A model generated the notes under the pieces. That model saw only the letters and a program-made list of their open reading frames with translations, did not search any database and was not told the DNA's origin. 64,000 nucleotides of DNA from Amphiscolops sp. MND2022. Lineage: Eukaryota. The position numbers were made by a program, and so were the translations under genes. Of this stretch, positions 60,650-64,000 are shown in pieces; the stretch's first letter is position 1, and each line of letters opens with the position of its first letter. The stretch lies in assembly GCA_964187785.1 (NCBI GenBank), contig OZ076409.1, forward strand, positions 23,190,001-23,254,000, read 5' to 3'.

Positions 60650-62088
60650 TCCATAGGCCCTACTGTGTTACTAGAGAGCAAACACGGGTGCCACCTTTGG
60701 GTACTATAGTTTTTAAAACTTTTTTTCGTTACTAGACATAATAGAAGGTATTGTTTCACTGTTTTTTCGGCATTGAGATTTTCCCGAGTTTTTATTTTCT
60801 CGCCAAAGGATCCCCTCTTTGGTTATTTTAATTTTTTTTGAACCCAACCAGAGGATGAGATGCCCGAATGGTGCTCTCCCGTTTTTCGGCACAGTGAGAC
60901 TTCATTTTTTTTGATCCTGTGAAACCGATGAGTTTTATCAATATTCGTGGAAAATATCTACAGTTTTTTTTCAACACTGTGCGACTTTTTTTCAATATAT
61001 TTTTTCACTTGGTGACAGGGTATCCCCCTTCATTTTGATAATTTTTTTCAGCCTGAAAAAAAGTTTGGCCACCATAAAGCTTCTTTTTTGGCACTATGAG
61101 GCTCTTGCCCGAAGAAAAAAAAATCGAAAAGCCTTTTTTAAAAAACTGTTTTTTGATGTTTCAGGTGCACGAAAAAAGGTGTTCAAGTCTTATGCGTATC
61201 CGTTCTGGTATTTTTTGGCACAGTAAATTTGATAATCTTTTGACAAAAATGTCCCTTGCATATTTAAGAAACTACTCTTTTGAACCTTGAGCTGTTCACT
61301 AGTTGCTGTGAGTGGTAACTATATCATTGACAGAAAGCGAGTTTTGACTATTTACCAACCGAACTTTTCAAGAGCTTTGACTACTGTAGAAGGAGTGAAT
61401 ACAAAAGGTCATTGTCATTTTTTAATTCCCCTTCAATCAAGTAAATAGTTTCAACTCTAATTCGAGTAACCTAGTTGATGCTTGTTCAGTTGTAACTCAC
61501 TTAATTGAACTGTTAATCTGTTATTGTTAATCAGTATTTTGCTGTTCCAAAAATATCATTACCTCCGAGTGGCTGAGTTCGTGATATCGCTTTTCTTTTC
61601 GCAAATTTGAAGTTTTTTGTTGGAGTTTCGGTATGCTAATGCTAGATAGTTTTAGGCGATCCTGGAAATATTTTTACTTTTCACCAAAGTTTTTGAGCTG
61701 AAAGCTGTCGTAGTTGGTTGGTTTTCGTCAAAATGTTGGATTTCAAGCAACATTTCAAGCTGCGATTTTTGTTATACACCGTACCTTAATTTTTCTGGAG
61801 TTTCTTATTTTTAGTCGGCGCTTTTTGTGAAACGAAAAATGCCTGACTATTTTAGTGACCTTCTTTCTCCAGGCCACAGACATCACACTGAAAGGTCTAC
61901 TTTTTACAAAACTTCAGTAGGCCTTCCTATTTTACTCGAAAGCATAGTTGAGTGTTTCCAAAGGGTGCCAGATTTTTTGAAACATTTTTCGTTACTAGAC
62001 AACACAGGTTTAGACCGTTGTTTCGGGTTTACCGTTTTTCCGGCATTGTGAGACTTCCTGATTTTTTTTGATGTCGCCAAAGGGTCCC
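60650..62088 (+). repeat. Degenerate HINE-family fragments (60650-61290 and 61807-62088)
   Basis: TTTTCGGCA(C/T)TGTGAGACT and AAAGGGTCCC subrepeats; TTTTTAGTCGGCGC at ~61808. Confidence 0.5.
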
Positions 62089-64000
62089 TATCACAGTCCG
62101 CGCCCGGACTGGATTGAAATAAAAGCAAACTAAAACTAATTTACGTCACCGCTTCGCCAATACGATTGAATCAGCCTCGTCTACGCATACCAGAAAATCA
62201 TTCCGATTATCCGCCTATACTAATAGCTTACTAGAAGTCATTCCAATTTTCCGCCAATGTGACGTCACAGCGCTGGCAGCTAACTAGCTAAAGTTTAATT
62301 CTAAATACTCGTCAGCATCACGTCAAACTAGTCAAAATCTCATTTCTGCCAAGAAAACTCGTCAACATGACGTTGACAAGTTTATGAAGCTTAAATTCTG
62401 CCAAGAAAACGCGTCAACATGACGTTGACAAGTTTATGAAATTAGACGTAATTGAGTATTTTCCATCAAAATAGCTGTTTCAATCCATTCAAAATACCAA
62501 ATTTACGTCCACTATAATGGCGGACTAAGTCTAATAAAAAGTTACGTCCACACTACGTCCCAAAGTTATGAAATTAGGCGTTTTAGTCAGTATTGAATTT
62601 GAAAGAAGCCTTAGTTTAATACGGTAAAACTAATCGAAGCTAGAATATGAATCAACGTCAACACTACGTCGCAATTCAACTAACCAAGCCAAATTTTGAA
62701 TCTACGTCAACGCTACGTCAACTAATATACTAGAGTTGAGAAAATACATTTCTACGTCAGTATTGCGTCGACTAAGATTGAATTCGAACGGAATATGGTA
62801 TTTAGGCCAGGATTTTTCAGACTAACTAAAAATAAAAGTGTTTTAACAATATTTAAATTGGAGAGTAACAGTTCATTTTCAATTTGTGTTAATAAAGTGC
62901 AGTCTAAGCAGGCTTTTAAAATGTATGATTTGATTACCTAATTTATTAAATTCATTGACTGTTTGACGTTGTCACGTCGTCTTCTATTGTTGCTCAAAGG
63001 TGTTGCTCTTAACTTTAATCAGATAAATAATTATCAATTGTTGATAGATTTAATTGTTTAGCCTCATGTAAATCAGTCACTCTCTTAGCATCACCAAATT
63101 GTCTAAATCAAGAAAATTAGTCATAATTTTCTTCAAGTGAAAATTCAAAAATCAGGTATTAGTTGTTCACGTCAGCGTCATCTCCTCGTCGGTTTCTTAC
63201 GAACCAAAGCAGTAAAACGGGGAAATATTTCCGGTTTGGCAGACTGAAGTAATATCTACTTCCTGCTTGGGAGGAACAAAAAGACGCCGGAATGAAATGA
63301 TATGATCATGGTTGATGACTAATACTAGATTAGAATTGCCGTGTCTTAAAAATTGACGAAATGCTAACGCAGATAAAACTTTTTCCGCAAAATTACTGGA
63401 AGTGACTAATATCTCGAAGGAAATTAAAGTACCCGAGTATGAACAGATGATGCTAGGAGGGTAAATATACCTTCTACCTGTAAAATTATTCATTCAATTT
63501 GTTATTCAACCTGCGTTTCAGTTTTGTTCCCAATTTTGATTGAATATCTACCTTTGTAAAACTCAAGACTCAAAATTTACATTTCAAATACATTGTTCAA
63601 AACAATCATATCTTCATCAAGATGTCAACTAGAGGTCGGAAAACAGTCCAGCAGGAGATTAGCAAAAAACACCCAAAATAGCCAAAGTAGCGATTGAACA
63701 TAGTTCGTAACATGGTGACACGAGTTTTGGACCTTTTAACAAATGTACCCAAGAACACCTCAGCATAAACTACCGTCCAAACATCGTCCCTCCACATTGT
63801 GGATGCTTTTCTCCCCGGAAATGAAAACAAACCTACACCAACCCAACGCCAAACTGTCAAAGAAACTTCGCGAACTCGTCAACCGTGAGAATCTTGACCC
63901 AAGACGCAGCTCCACCAAAAAACGATATTGGAATCACGAACAACATTTTCAAAGTGAAATTAACCCTTAAGAACGACAGCTTCGTCTACATACAAAGACT
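62089..64000 (+). mobile_element. Decayed, internally deleted Gypsy element E of the A family (LTR 62089-63712, PBS at 63713, short gag and pol remnants)
   Basis: LTR homology to 6047-8037; AACA|TGGTGACA; window ends in FKVKLT.KND..VYIQ.L matching element A pol. Confidence 0.8.

Overview
This is a repeat-dense metazoan-type genomic window made almost entirely of nested transposable elements, with a 200-N gap at 33946-34145. It holds five Ty3/Gypsy LTR retroelements. A (1-8037, minus) is nearly intact. B (11689-30163, plus) is a full-length 18.5-kb provirus-like element: 269-bp LTRs, an AAAC target-site duplication, gag-pol, an env that resembles class III (chuvirus G / herpes gB-type) fusogens, and 4-5 extra ORFs. 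C (34146-37164) is a 3' part, D (~41112-54688) is decayed, and E (62089-end) is internally deleted. Also present: a LINE remnant, two copies of a ~3.2-kb duplicated block carrying a CRE-type non-LTR 3' end and a HINE-like element, a MULE remnant, a tRNA-like sequence, a ~1.1-kb-arm inverted repeat and one candidate host exon. Three observations stand out. (i) Element D carries, between pol and its 3' LTR, an antisense, intron-split gene that looks like a catalytically dead hAT transposase. (ii) Element B has a complex-retrovirus-like genome plan. (iii) In A, D and E the gag frame starts inside the LTR (about 105-130 codons in A and D) and reads through the PBS. All protein family calls are by-eye motif recognition; no searches were run.
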